Shown in pieces: positions 23,801 to 51,987 of a DNA stretch of 64,000 nucleotides. The translations under genes and the position numbers were made by a program. The notes beneath the pieces were generated by a model. It was not told the DNA's origin, searched no databases, and was given only the letters and a program-made list of their open reading frames with translations. The stretch comes from Tubiluchus corallicola (taxonomy: Eukaryota > Animalia > Priapulida): contig JAQGDQ010000213.1 in NCBI GenBank assembly GCA_030141605.1, positions 310,001 to 374,000 on the forward strand, in the 5' to 3' direction. Position 1 is the first letter of the stretch, and every line of letters starts with the position of its first letter.

Positions 23801-26800
23801 AAGAAAAAGTTAATTGATTCGGTATTAGTCCCAATTAGGCTTTAACCTGCTGACCAGGATACAGTAAGAAGCAGATCATAACTCATAAGTAATAATAGTA
23901 ATAGACCAGTAACAGATCGTTGAGTTTGCAACAAATGCTGTGGAAAAATGTTGAAGTAATAGGACTATAATGGCATTTCGGTTATAACAATGAACTCTGT
24001 ATAACCCATTTTTCTTCAGAAGCTAGTACAGTTGCTCAATTAGTAACTCAGAAAAATGTTAGCTCTGGGCGGAAAAACGTCTGGTTCTTTTCTAAGCAAG
24101 CTAACTTCAATGGTTTTGATCTTTTCTAACAAAGCATATAGTTTTATTCTGATATAATAGTTTCCTTGAGGAACATTCCCGGCAGCGCACTAGAGATTAG
24201 TCATAGAAGTCGTGTTTCTCACCTCTCACTCCCCTTTCTCTCATTCTATATTAATTTTTATGTATTTTATGTTGTCTTCTTTTCTCTCTTCCTTTTGTCC
24301 TTCATTCTTTCTTTTTTCTAACTTGCTTTTTATTCAGGATGCCCAACTGTGCTTTTGCTGTTACGTTATGTATGAGACACTCTGTTTTCAGTTCCCCCAA
24401 TAGTAAACGCCCCGTTGCGTCTGTTAACTAATTGAATAATTGTCACAGCAGCTGCACCATGACAAGAAAAAGCTGATTATAGATGTGAGTTGGTTGTTTA
24501 GTAACTAATGTTCTGTGGAGCAAGCCAACATTAGCAAATATAGCTGTTTTTTAACAAATAAATCTTTCAAATTTATAATGACATCAGACATGTGGTCATA
24601 TTTTCGCCGGTTTAACATGACCCAAAGTGCAAAGTTTAGAATCTTTTGAATTTTGTTTAAATGAATATCTGCAGCATTACTATTTATACAGGCAAACAGT
24701 AGAGCACATGCGAAAATGCAATGCTATTTATAAAAAATGGCATCAACAAATGATGTGGTATACAATTTTTAATATTATTAAAATTCCCGTGCATTTTATA
24801 GAAACGAGTTTACACCCAGATTGCGTGCATTAGCGTGGTTGAGTTTTTGTGTTCAAAAAGTCTAATGTCACCGAATCTGTAACACAAGTGTGCAACTTTT
24901 GCGTGCTGCCAATTATTATAAATTACGTTTTTTCAGTTTTAAGTTTCATTCCGTTATTTTGATACCAATTTTGCACAGTAGTTAACGCATCAGTGCGACC
25001 ACGGTGACTTTATTAGTTTCAGATTTAAGTGCAGTTGGGGCATCATCTGCAAATTGAACCAATCTAGTTTCAATGCTGTTTGTTTAGTTTAGTTATTCAT
25101 TTATTTTCAAATAATTAATTTCAAAACTATTTATTTATTTTATTTAGACGGGCCTAAATAGTTTCTTTGAAATATTCCAATATCATCATCGCGTTCAATG
25201 AAAAGGGAAAAGGCATAGATTACAGTTTGTGAGATAGCTTTAAAACCAACATAGAGCAACTTGATACTACTGCAGTTTATTTGACCACGTCCCCTAATCA
25301 ACAATGTCAAAGATTTGCTAAGATCAAGCGCAGTACACTCGTTTGGATGCAACGCTTTTATAAAAAATTGAAACTTTACGGACTTCTAAGGCAAGCCAAA
25401 AAGTGTGACAAGCCCAGTAAGAGTTGTTAGTGTGTTCGTTCAGGGACACCTATATGAAAAAATTTCTGGAGTAATCAAAGTTTGGATAGATCAAACAGAA
25501 AAAACTTAGTTCAGGTTAGTAGTGAAAATAAAATTATATCAAAACTACAGTATTTCTACCGGTAGTATTATTATTAAATGCTAGAGCACGCAAACACAAA
25601 TGTGGTGAGTTTGAAGGCGCAGTGCATAATTATGGAACAAATCATGTAATAATAATCACAGAGACGTGGCTAATAAAGACTAGCCCTAAATATCTGCAAA
25701 CAGCTGACAGGATATTCAATGTTTTCATTTGAATGTCAAGACAGACCTGGTGAGGAGTCACCGTTCACGTAAGAAGGGATATTCAAGCTAATGATATTAA
25801 AGTAGAAAATCGGTACTTTTGCGAAATGGTTTGGCTATTAGGTAGACCGACAAGACTAGCAAAACCTAAAGCTGCCACAATTGTTGCAGAACTGTATTTT
25901 TGCTGGTACATCTTGCGTTAAAAAAGGATTCAAACGCCAATTTCTGGACACTATATATACAGCTTATTATTCATCCAAGCAAAAACACATCCGGCTTATC
26001 TGCACTTATCGTAATTAAACAGTATTATATGCATCTGGAATGAGACAAAATAAATTAACTGTCGAAATGTCGAACTATCTATCTGAAACAAGTAGTTAAA
26101 AAAACAATTCGCGACAGTATGGTTTCGGACTGTATTTTTACTGACATCAACGCACACGTAATCATGAGCAGAAGTAAAGGCGCCACCACGGCCCTGAAGT
26201 AAGTTGTCGAAAGTTAACTTTCAAATAAAGGAACCAAGAGGATATCTCGTGGATATGTTCTCAATAAACTTGCAATTCTCTATTTTCCAAATGTCTTGAA
26301 AGCTCTTGCCCTGCTGCCCAGTTATCTTGCTCACTAACTGAAAATAATTAGTTCTTGTAACAGGTGGCACCAAAGGTCCAAAGTTATTGTAGTGCACAAC
26401 AACTTAATTAACATCTGATAATTAAACTAAATTTGTTTTTCAGTGCCTTTTGACCAGTTCCATAATAATATTTATTATTATTATTATATGCATGCGCATT
26501 TGAGGGACAGTACGTGTGTGTTTAAATTGTTATTAAATACGATTCATTAATACGCAAAAGGAATCACCGTACAATAACAGTCTGTGCTTAACTAAATGAA
26601 ATATGTTTGAAAATGAAGAAGCAGATCTACAATGTTTACATGCACATCTCAGTTAATAAGACAGCAAGGCCAAATTTTGACCTAATGACCAAAAATAATT
26701 TAAAGGTTTTACTTCTGCTAGTTGCACAGTTTTGCTTCATGAGTAGCTTAAATGACTTACTGAAAGACACTAATCCCTTTAGTTAGCGAAAATCTACACG

Positions 26801-27051
26801 CGTCAAACAGCCATTAAAATTTGTCGTTTGGCAATAAAGCAGCATATTCACACCAGGTAAGCAGAAAGAATTGCATAGCCGTGAAAATGTCTGTCTAACA
26901 GCTTATAATGCTCTCGACATTTTCAAAACTTTGCGACGAAGAAACAGCAGGCAATCTAGAAGGATTTATGTTTGAAACGGCTTTTCACTTATAGCGTAGT
27001 ACGTCAGTGAGAAGGTTCTCATGAAAAAATCATTAAACTGCTACGATTAAA

Positions 27052-27867
27052 CTAGCCAAACCATAAAAGATTTTTGCACCTTAACCCAGCACAACCCACA
27101 ACACCAATACCATCCTCGCCACATCATCCACACCACACCACAACACATTACTCATACCACAGCACCCACATCACATCACACCAGGCCACAACACTTGAAA
27201 ATGTATGCCATGACAAACGCTGTTAGACTCATCCACCAAAGATCAATAATGAATGGACATTCTACAGTCTTTGCGTACTACTTCTCAGCTGGTATAAGGC
27301 TAACAGATACAAGTTACATGTACAATTATATCTCTGTTTGTAACACAGTAAAACGACATCTTTCTTAACGAAACTTCCACACCTTGTAGACCATTTCCTT
27401 TTTCTGGTAGTGTGCTCATTTTTCCCAAGATGCACAAATATCTGTTTCCGGAATCTGTTTGTGCAGTTTTCCGTAAAAATTGGGCGAATGGGTTTGGGAG
27501 AGCGCCTTTTGCCGGAAACCACGAAAGGCTAAATAGCCTTACTACAACCCACCGTTGAACGAGTAACACAACCATTACAGGTACTGCCCCTGTACGTCAA
27601 CATTCTCTCAAATCATGGTGTATAACTTTTGTGGAAAAAAACAGGCCCAAAACGCCCATTTTGGAGATTTTCGCCCCCGTTCCGCCGGTAGCCCCAATTC
27701 GAAAAAGAAATCATGAACGAAACCACAGTAGTTCGAAACCTTTCATTTGATACGTAATTGGCCAAAAAATGGTGGATCGTTGGAGGTGTAATCGGAAAAA
27801 CCATCGTATAAATAAATAAATTCAGACACATACCAGCGAAATAAATATAATATTCTTTATTATTAGA
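27052..27867 (-). mobile_element. Non-autonomous Helitron, copy 1
   Basis: Minus strand reads A|TCTAATAATAAAG...GGCTAG|T (5' TC, 3' CTAG, AT target site). Collinear similarity over its length to 50879-51987, including a GTG-rich low-complexity block near the 3' end. Confidence 0.75.
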
Positions 27868-28550
27868 TTGTCAAAGCCCTGCAGAAGAGTTTTGCGCATA
27901 AATCCACAATGATGACCCACATCACATGATGATCCGAACCAATGATGACCATATCTCACCACCCGGAGCCACTGCCACCACTGCCGCCAATAATGACCGC
28001 AAATTACGGCGACAAAAACAACAGTAGCAACAGCAACAAAAACAGCAGCCTAGTGAAACCCTGCAAATACATTTTGCGAAAGTGAGTGAAATTTCAAATG
28101 TTTTTAGACCCATCTACTGATGATCATTCAACACAGTTATAAACTTCTTCAGGATTTCCCAAGTGTGTATGCTCTGGGTTTGCTCAGTCTGGTCACCGCC
28201 CCAATGAAAGCTTCTCGCGTACAATCCCTTCCTTCTAAAGTCCTACATTGACGAAGTTTCTTTGGGCAGTCTTTGAACGAGGATGGAAGCACCTAGTATG
28301 GACTTTGCACGTTTGTTATGCATAGTTCCATACTGCATTTTTATCAGTTATTATAATTTGTCTATCAGACTAATGTTTTTCATCTTCTAGGTATTCCATT
28401 ATTAAAAATTGGCATCATATTTTAGCAAACTAATATCCTCTTGCCATTAAAAATAATTATTATCCATATTATGTTAAAACACTAAAGGTAAATTATGAGT
28501 ACAAAGTTTTCATTCTTTTGTCATTTTAAATTTTATTACTATGTAACCAT

Positions 28551-28956
28551 TAGAGGTGAGCATTCTCTGCCAGAAAACGTATTCGAATCGAATCGAATTT
28601 GTGACTTTTGAATTCAAGTCGAACCGAATGTTAGTATTCAGAATCCAAATCGAATTCGAATTGAGTTTGAAAGATTTTCGAACAAGGTTGCGAATCACTA
28701 GTTAAAAGTGGTCTTACAAAAATCATGCATATTGTTAGATTTTGTTGTGCAGTAAAACCACATTAGTTTGTTAAAGATCTTGTACAGAAACTGCAGCTAA
28801 ATTGCGCCAATTGCATGCTGTTTCAAAAATATTAATTATAAAGAACGTATGTAGCCGAAATGCTGAATTATTCGAATCTATAATTCGTTCGAATCGAATT
28901 CGATTGTTCGAATAGGATTCGAACGTTCGAACTCGAACATTCGATGCTCACCCTTA
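28551..28956. mobile_element. hAT-family MITE
   Basis: 13-bp TIRs TAGAGGTGAGCAT / ATGCTCACCCTTA; 8-bp TSD gtaaccat (28543-28550) / gcaaccat (28957-28964); subterminal ttcgaa/tcgaat arrays at both ends. Confidence 0.85.
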
Positions 28957-29477
28957 GCAACCATGTCCATGTCCTCGTTGTGTTTAGTATAATTGAAACT
29001 ACTTTAAAATTTAAACCTTACACCCTCATCAATAATACTATTTATTTGCTCTAGTACTGAACTGTAAACACTATAACGATTAAAAAAATAAAAATTTTAT
29101 CTTAAACGGTTCAGGATAGAATGGGTAGCAGCAACAATGGTATTTGTCTCGAAATTTGCGATCTCTGTCTTTATAAAGAAATGAATAAGCACTCTCAAAT
29201 GAGTAGATGGAGCCTAGAGCTTCAAACGCAGAGCTAAAAGGATTTTGTCATAGCTGAAGTAAATATAATTATTATTTTATTTTTACTTACAGTGGTCTAA
29301 CTTTAATTGTCATTGTAATGCATTTTTTGTGACTGTGATCTTTTGAGCGGTTTGAAAAACCATGACCACGTTGCTCCCTGACATTCGTTGTTTTGCGCTG
29401 AGTTAGCGCTGCTGTCTGCTGTGAAAAAGAAACTATGTTTTTTAGAATTTTTACTGTGTAATTTTAAATTTCGGAAA

Positions 29478-43758
<14,281 letters not shown>

Positions 43759-44110
43759 GAGCATCTTCTGCCAATGTTTATGGTGCATTAAAGTATGCGA
43801 GGTGTTGGTTTCTTGAGCGCTATGAAAGGCGTTCAATTCAGTGGTTTGTGACAGGACATGCTAAATTTGAAACATTTTACCCTAATCTTCTGTAAGTGTG
43901 AAAGTGTAACCAATAGACCAGGTTAGAGCATGCAGTTTACAGAATTCTTCATATTGGAATTATGCGTCAGATTCGTATTGTGCATTTATGCAAAGCCGAA
44001 GGTGGATCATTCGTAATGTACAACATTTTTGTTATCAGTTCTTTTCAGCAAGTCACAAAGTTGCAGCCCAGCATTGTTAAATTTACCAAGTCTAAGTATA
44101 AAATGTTGTT

Positions 44111-44116
44111 AATAAA
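44111..44116 (+). terminator. Candidate polyadenylation signal of the EGF-WAP-Ig gene
   Basis: First AATAAA after the stop, ~350 nt downstream, followed by T-rich sequence. Confidence 0.5.
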
Positions 44117-44807
44117 CAGAACAGTTTATTCGTCATTATTTTATTGTTAAAAAAAATCTCTATTAAGTTTGTTCTATTTTAGCCGCTGTTTAGGTTATTA
44201 AAATGCTAGTTTCTGATCGCTTAATTGATTCATTCAGTACTATTTTGTCAAAGTAGTGTAACACCCTATCAGATATTCCTGTGGCGTAGCTAAAAGCACA
44301 CAGGGGTTTATCTAAGACAGGACCCCGTAGAGACTTACACAGTAATGTTTACGTACCAACATGTTAACAATAACTTCGTATCCCTTTAATAATAATAATA
44401 ATAATAAGCAATTTAATATTGGCATTTCTTTCAACAGTAAAAGTTTGTTCAATAATTTGTATCAGACAAAAATACTTGTGTAGTATGCAGAGTGGTAAAA
44501 CGAAGGGGTGAACAAATGAAAATGAGTGCCAAAGCTTTAGTCAAAAGCGAATTTTAAGAGAATGGAATAGAACATAATGGAGCGGAATACAGTTGCAATT
44601 ATACAGTGTATATTATCTCAAATGTGATAAAATTTAGTAAAACGGTCAACGCAAACAATGAAAATACATGTGTAGTAGGAAAATTATTACATATTTTTGC
44701 TGGTTTCCGGATGTCAATGTGTGCCCTCTCGTCCACATTCCCAGTGTCCAAACGTCCAGTACCTAAACTTCATGTGTCGAAGCATTCTTGTGTTGAAATG
44801 CTGTCTG

Positions 44808-44819
44808 TTGCTACTACTG

Positions 44820-44857
<38 letters not shown>

Positions 44858-44859
44858 AC

Positions 44860-44924
<65 letters not shown>

Positions 44925-44988
44925 GCTACTACTACTACTACTACTACTACTACTGCTACTGCTACTGCTACTGCTACTACTGCTACTG

Positions 44989-45041
<53 letters not shown>

Positions 45042-45078
45042 GCTACTGCTACTGCTACTACTGCTACTGCTACTACTG

Positions 45079-45153
<75 letters not shown>

Positions 45154-45275
45154 TTACTGCTACTACTACTACTACCGCTACTGCTGTTGCTACTACTGCT
45201 GCTGCTGCTGCTGATAGATAGGTAGGTAGGTAGACAGATAGATAGGCAGGCAGACAGACAGACAAACAGACAGGT
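44808..45275. repeat. (TAC/TGC)n compound microsatellite followed by (TAGG/CAGA)n
   Basis: Direct observation. Confidence 0.97.
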
Positions 45276-45970
45276 AGCCAAATTAACAAACATTTCGAAA
45301 GCTATAGGTAAACTGGTTGAGAGTGAAATCGATAGACAAGCACGTGTATTGTAATGTATATGTTAGTAGGCAGTTAGAGATACAGGTGGAGATACGTAGA
45401 CAGATAGATAAATAGACAAACAGGTATTCATGCACACAAACAACTAGACACAAACAGGCGGACGAAGAGAAGGGCGAGCCAGATGGAATTACTGATAAAT
45501 GGATGGGCGGCAGGCAATGCTTTGGTGTTCTGTTGCCCAAATTGATAACCAAAGAGGTGTTATGTTCTTTTAGGCAGGAGATGCTACTAACTAAGAGAAC
45601 CAATAATAAGCATATATTGAGAATTTTGTCCTTTTGATAGACTCCTAGGTACGTTAACATCATGAATTAGGCCGGTTTTGACGTCATTACTTTCTCATGA
45701 TTACTGTATTATGTTGCTTTCTTCGCCCACGTCTCTTTTTGTCAGTTAATTACACGAAACCATGCTGACTTTGTGAGGCTTTGTCGCTTCGCTCACGCAG
45801 TATACTAATTACATAATACACGCGTGCAACGGAATAATGAACTTTCCTAGAGTTTTCAAGGCAGTCTAACTTACGGCCAACATATTACATAATTTGTCAA
45901 GTAATACTGAAAAAAACTGCGCAGTAAAGTGTAAAATAATACATTTTACTGTTCTTTATTATTACACGCA

Positions 45971-46003
45971 CTAGAAAACCCGTCCTGCACAAGAGTTAAC
46001 GGC
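45971..46003 (-). mobile_element. Possible Helitron 3' terminus
   Basis: Minus strand aactcttgtgcaggacgggttttCTAG|T: an imperfect hairpin shortly before CTAG. 5' end not located. Confidence 0.35.
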
Positions 46004-47171
46004 TGTTGTTTTAGTAGGCAAAGCGGGTTCCCGTATGGTTGAATTTATTATGAGCGCGCTGGTTACTCGGCCAAGTAGTTTAATAGACTTTAATGTTAAT
46101 AGACTGCCACAAAAATAGGTAAATGTAAAATGACTCCAGTATTACTGTATGACGAAAAGAATGGTAACTGCTGCAGATAGTCATGATGACGACAGCAGAG
46201 ACAATAGCAACTCACAGCTATAGTTATCGTTTATTACTTTTACATAGCCATCGAAACGCATTTTTCTTGGTTAATTTTCCTTTTCTAGCGGTGGATTACA
46301 CTTACAGCAATCGCCTGCCGTACTACATATGTTGAAGTCAGTTACTGAATCCAAGCATGTTTTTTTATGAAAATTGTTTTTGAGCATTAACCTATCAAGT
46401 AGCAATTAGGTCATTTACTATGTAATCAAAACAACAGCTGTCAAAACCACATCGCGTCTTCGAATATCAGAATTTTCTAGAAGATTTAAATCATTGTGTT
46501 GCCGCACCTGGTGACTGGGTGCTTGCCTGTTTGGCGGCTAGACAAGGCCTACGGGGACTGATTACCTCTCATTCCAAAGATGGAGCAGGATTAGGAACAA
46601 GTCGAATAGGCAACGGAAAGACGTCGACCAAGCTGTAGGAGTAGATCGACCACATTACCAGATCAATTTATTTTACAATAGAGTCATTTTTAAACATAAC
46701 TGATACGGTAAATTTTAGAACAGTGAGGAAGCCCGAGGCTTTTCTGCACTGAGATGAGTAATTTATTCTGTTATATAGCGATTTCGTGCCTGTCACAATT
46801 AATTATGCAGGAAAAGTTTGTCAGCTATTGCAATGTTGAGTGAGATCTGAAAAACGGTTTGAAGTGAATTACAAATGTATCATGAATCAGCTAAAGGTGT
46901 CAGTCATATAGGTTGAGTAATAGTAATTACATTACGTATTTTTTCATAATGTGCATTACTTTGGTACGGCAATCGCTCTGGAATCCTATATATGTACTGA
47001 ATATGTCAATGCCATTTAATTCTACAAATATAATTTCAGGAAGAACGATATAATATGGCTTTCATTTATTTTTTTAATGTGACCAAAACAGCCAGTGAGG
47101 TGCTGTGTGCAGCGTACGTGGCATCTCGAAGAGTTTCTGGTCTGTTTTCCACATCATTTACTTGCTATTAC

Positions 47172-47172
<1 letters not shown>

Positions 47173-47240
<68 letters not shown>

Positions 47241-47260
47241 TCTTCTCTCCTTTCTCCTTT
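47173..47260. repeat. (CT)n microsatellite
   Basis: Direct observation. Confidence 0.95.
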
Positions 47261-48076
47261 CCATGGGTATGTAATTCTACAGCAGGAGTGACTGTAACAT
47301 TTTCAAAATTGAGTTGCGAGCTAAGATTAGTTACAATAAGTTAGTAGACCCGTTTAATGTGCAATACATAATTATCCTAACACAGAATATTGTACGTAAG
47401 CATTACAACTCAATTTTCATTTTTTATCTAATAAAAAAATTATCTAGTGTCCAGATACAGTTTACGATTGCCTCATATGTATGTCTAGCACGCTCACACA
47501 ATAATCGCTCATCTTGTCACAAATGTGTTAACAGATTTGATTTTGTGCAAGAAACGAATATTGGAAAATTGTTGTTTTTGCGAAATTATTAATTTTACAA
47601 TGGATAATTGCGTTTTATTCTCCCACACAATGCGCAGTACCAGTGTATTTTTCGTGGAAGGTGCAATTCGTGGAACAGAGAAATTAAGCGTGCTTCAATT
47701 TAAGTTGTCAAAACTGCGTGAACTATGTCTATTTTTACGAATATATACGTAACAGCAAAAGTTTTGTATACGTAACACCATTTTTTATTTTATACACCTG
47801 TAGATAGTGCTCTTATTGTTGTTAAAAATACAAAATTGGGGAAATAACGTAACAACTGTTCTGACAGTAATGTCTATACTGTCAATCAAATCCAGCCTTT
47901 TACATGTTTGGGGGGGGGGCATTTCTTGAAGAAATAGACAAACAAATAGCGATCCTGGAAGAAGTAACTATAACAGAAGTGTCGTAGATTGCCCCTATGA
48001 CTTTTCAGTCTTGTGTTATTTAGTGTTGCATTGGTTGGTGGTGATCTTAAGTGGGTTAAAACAAGTTTGACTCGAA

Positions 48077-48789
48077 TTATTGGTCGAGGAACTCGCTGAC
48101 CTGAGAAACAACGTCAGTGTCGCCATTTTGAATTTAAGATGGCACGTCAAAAATCCAACTCTGCGAATCGATGCAAAACTCGTTCTACTATATTCCCGTA
48201 GAGTTTCATGCCTCTTTTCGAAAATAATATCACGCCGCCCTCTTGAATTCAAAATCGCAGGTCGAAAATTCCCTCAGTCCCTCATTTTCTTTAGTATGAT
48301 CCTGCGAAGTTCCTGACCATCTGTTGAAAACTGGTGGAAAACAGCCTTTTTTGAAAAATAATGTTTTTGTCATCATTCTGAATTTAGAAAGACGGATCGA
48401 AAAACTGACACTATCAGTGGATGCGGAATTTCTTTTAGTATATTCCTATAAAATTTTATGGCGATTAGATCCATTTCGAGTTGGCAGTGCCTTAGGCTTT
48501 TTTCGGAAATAATGGTATTGCCTCCATTTTAAATTCAAAACGGCAAAATGAAAATTCAAGACTGTCGGCCGAAGCTGAATTCATACTTGTATAGTCTTGT
48601 AAAGTTTGACAAAGATCCATTTCGAGTTGACGAAGCCTTATGCTTTTTTAAATGCAAAATGGAGGTTGTTTACTCGTGTAATGTTTTATATTGACCAACT
48701 GCAGAGCCCCAGTCTTTTTCAAAACGGTTATCCCGAGAACAAGAGCAACATCCAGATGAATAGCGATTTGGTCGAGCCTCGACCAATAA
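48077..48789 (+). mobile_element. Helentron/HINE-like or TIR non-autonomous element with internal ~150-bp tandem units
   Basis: Perfect 13-bp inverted ends TTATTGGTCGAGG / CCTCGACCAATAA; the 3' copy is part of the hairpin ttggtcgag-c-ctcgaccaa; internal units begin with the palindrome-like gccattttgaattcaaaatggc. Confidence 0.65.
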
Positions 48790-50057
48790 CATACTGAGCA
48801 ATAATGTTATAGTGTCTACAGTGCTTTTTGCATTCGCGCTATTCGATTCACTGACATATTCTCTGTAAATCAGCCATCTTCATCACTTCGTTTAGTTAAA
48901 TTTCACTGCGTTATCTTAAAGCAAAATACTAAACCTAAACGTATTTTTGTGGTTAAGAAAACTGTAATGATATTCTCTATTTTACACAAAACTATAATTG
49001 AAAAATGAAAGAGCCGGTAGAGAGTTTCATCAACTGTCTCTAAGATTTTGCCATCCTTCTGTACCTTGAAAGACCGCCAAGTGGATAGTTTAGAATGGTT
49101 TTCTGCTCTATTGATTATTTCATTTTCATGAGTTGATGGTAACACTACATTTAACTAGTTTAGTTTCAATCAAGCTATTGGAACATAGGGTACAAACTAG
49201 CATATGATTATCGATCCAAATGAAACTGATCCGCGTCAATATTGCACGTATCCATACAAATGACGTTGCCTGACGAGTCCATGCACAGAAATACAGGATG
49301 TAACACTATTTTTTGTTAATGGGGAATGGTGCACAAAACAACGTGATACAGAACAATTTGTTTGACCAGAGTACTAGGAATCTTCAAAATTTTGTGTGTG
49401 TGTCTTGCCCAGGCTGCAAACTTGAGGGTATGATGTAAATTGTTCTGCACCACTGCTTGTTTTTGCATTCACTTCCCTCCATTAATAAAAGGATAATTGT
49501 GTTACAATTAAGGATTGTTCATGGAGGCTGCAAAGCCATACAGCCGCTTAGAAGATTCTACACTTATTTTATATTTTCAGGCAATTTAGCTCAGTCAATC
49601 CAGTCAGTCAGTTTTTAAGTGGTCACGTGAAGAAATTTCCACAACATCGTTTTCACTTATACCATGTACAGAAAAAAAGTTGATCAACACAGTAAAAGCC
49701 TGTGCGGCAGAAAACCCCTAAAACTGCGAAAAACCATCGGCCATTGCCAAAAAATGAGAATTTTACTGTAAATCTGCAAAAGCGTCCAAAGAACGTCAAA
49801 CTGCGGGTACACCCATGCCTTTAAGATCAAAGAAAACAATGGTATCGGATATTTCTTACATTGTCAGAATTCCTCAGAACTCTAAAAATGAAAAATACAT
49901 CCGCCATTAGCAAAAATGGTTTGCGCTGTAACTATGTAATGAAATGAATAAAAAATGGTTAGATTTGTGTCCTCGCCAATGTTTGCAAAGGTTACTGACA
50001 CTGCAGGGCGCTATCAGCATTATATTTTATTGTATTAGTTGAATTATATTGCCTACG

Positions 50058-50878
50058 TCACGGAAACCTTTTACTAGTAGGCCCAACGTTGGCCGTGTGT
50101 GCCACTTGTCACATCGGCCCACTAAGGGCAGTCAATGTTGGTCCAGCGTTGTTCTGTTCATTGGCGCAACTTCAGCCCATTGTCGGGTTGGACCAGCGTT
50201 GGTTCCAATATCGGACCGACTTTTACATTGAAATTGCCTACAGGAACAATATATAGCCTTCAATGGTCGATATCGGTGTAACGATGGTGTTAACGTTGAC
50301 CCAGTTCATGTATATGCTTGAATGAAGACAGCACATGGTCAACGTGTTGCCAACGTTGGATCAGAACAACATGTCCCACTGGTTTTAGCGTTGGCCCAGC
50401 ATTAACCTGCCCGTAGATGCAACATCGTCTTGTCTCTCAGCTTTTCGCTGAAATTTGCTTAGGCACTATATATAGTCACCGATTGGCTAAAGTCGGTGTT
50501 ACTATTGGTCCAGCATGTGCTTGAATGAAGACAGCACAGGGCCAACGGCAGTCCCGGCGTTATTCTGCTCTCAGATGCAACATCGGCCCACCTTTTACAT
50601 TGAAACTTGCTTAGGCATAATATACAGCCTTCAATGGGCCCATCTGGTACATCACTGGTTTACCGCTTGAAATAAAGAGCGCAGGACCAACTTTGGTACC
50701 AACTTTCGCCCAGCACAACCTGCAGTGGGTCAACATTGATTTTAATGTCGGCACAGCATGATTTGAAGAAATATACAGGCAGTATTGGACCAACGTTGGT
50801 ACCAACACTGGCCCAACTTCTCAGTGAAATAGATTGGTAGCCACTTAGGGCTAAGGTCAGTATTAACGTTGGCCCATA
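50058..50878. repeat. Repeat/MITE rich in the palindrome ccaacgttgg, with internal ~150-230-bp duplications
   Basis: Recurrent ggcccaacgttggcc variants; cttttacattgaaa..., tgcttgaatgaagacagcaca and agatgcaacatcg each occur twice. Truncated on the right by the Helitron. Confidence 0.65.
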
Positions 50879-51987
50879 TCTGTATAATGAATTTCGGTGG
50901 TATATATATATATATCAAAGGAAAGGTCTCGATCTAGTGTGGTCTCATTGGGGTTTATTTTTCGAATTGGGCCCATCGGGACGAATGTGTGACGAAAAAC
51001 TTCCAAAAATGGACATTTTCGGCCAGTTTTTGCAAAACTTATACCTCTTATTTCTGGAGAACGGGACCCGGGGGTGGTGCCAGCAATGGTTAAATAGCCC
51101 GTTTAATGGTGGGTGTAGTAGGTGTATTCGGAATTCGCCACGACGTCCTGTGACGGGCGTTTTCCTGGACCCAATCACGCAAATTTTGCAAAAAACTGCT
51201 CAACCACCCTCTAGAAAAACTCAATTTGTGCAACTGTTTGGGCATGTTGGGAAAAAATAAGCACACTCACAAAAAGAGAACGAAGCGGTCTTCAAGGTTT
51301 CACTAGGAGAGATGTCCACTAGTGACTAGACGAAACGGGAAGCGTATATTTCAAAGTTCTTTTTCAGCCCCCTAAGCTGCACGCTATTTGGAACATCCAC
51401 TGTCATTAAGTTTGATAAATTTCGTGACTGTTCCAGGCATTGTTGTCACCCGCCGTTCGACTGTGTTATAGATTTTACATGTAAGTAAATTCTGTTAGTC
51501 TATTATCATTTGAGGAACAATAAAAAACTATGTAGAATGTGTGTGCATTATTGATCATTGGTAGACAGACTAATAGCATTTATTATAGCACACAATTTGA
51601 CTTTGTGCAAAATGTTTTGAATGGTTTCGTTGTGATGCTGTGTTACTGGTGTTAGTGCTGTAGGTGTCGTCATTGTTGTTGTCATCAACACCATCATCAC
51701 CATGTGATGTGGTGAGTGTGGTGAGCGTGCTGTGGAAGGTGTGGTGGGGAAGTTGGGTGGGTGTAGTGTTGATGGAGTGGTGTGGTGAGTTTGGTCTGGG
51801 TGGTGTGGTGTGGTGTGGTATTGATGGTGTGGTGTGGGTGATGTGGTGTGGATAATGTGGTGTAGAGTGGTGTGGTTGGTGTGCTATGGTGTGGGTCGTG
51901 CGTTGTGAGTGGGGTGGTGGATGGTTGTGTGGTGTGGTGTGGGTTGTTGTTGTGAGTTTATGCGCATTTTTTGCGGGGTTTAGCTAG
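50879..51987 (+). mobile_element. Non-autonomous Helitron, copy 2
   Basis: A|TCTGTATAATGAATTTCG...tgcgcattttttgcggggtttagCTAG|T; homologous to the reverse complement of 27052-27867. Confidence 0.75.

Noticed and set aside
44606-45293. Poly-Y/T/V/S ORFs (also the SL/ER ORFs at 19463-19943, 41911-42242, 47055-47344, 61977-62273)
   Set aside because: Stop-free frames of microsatellites, with no domain content or splice support.
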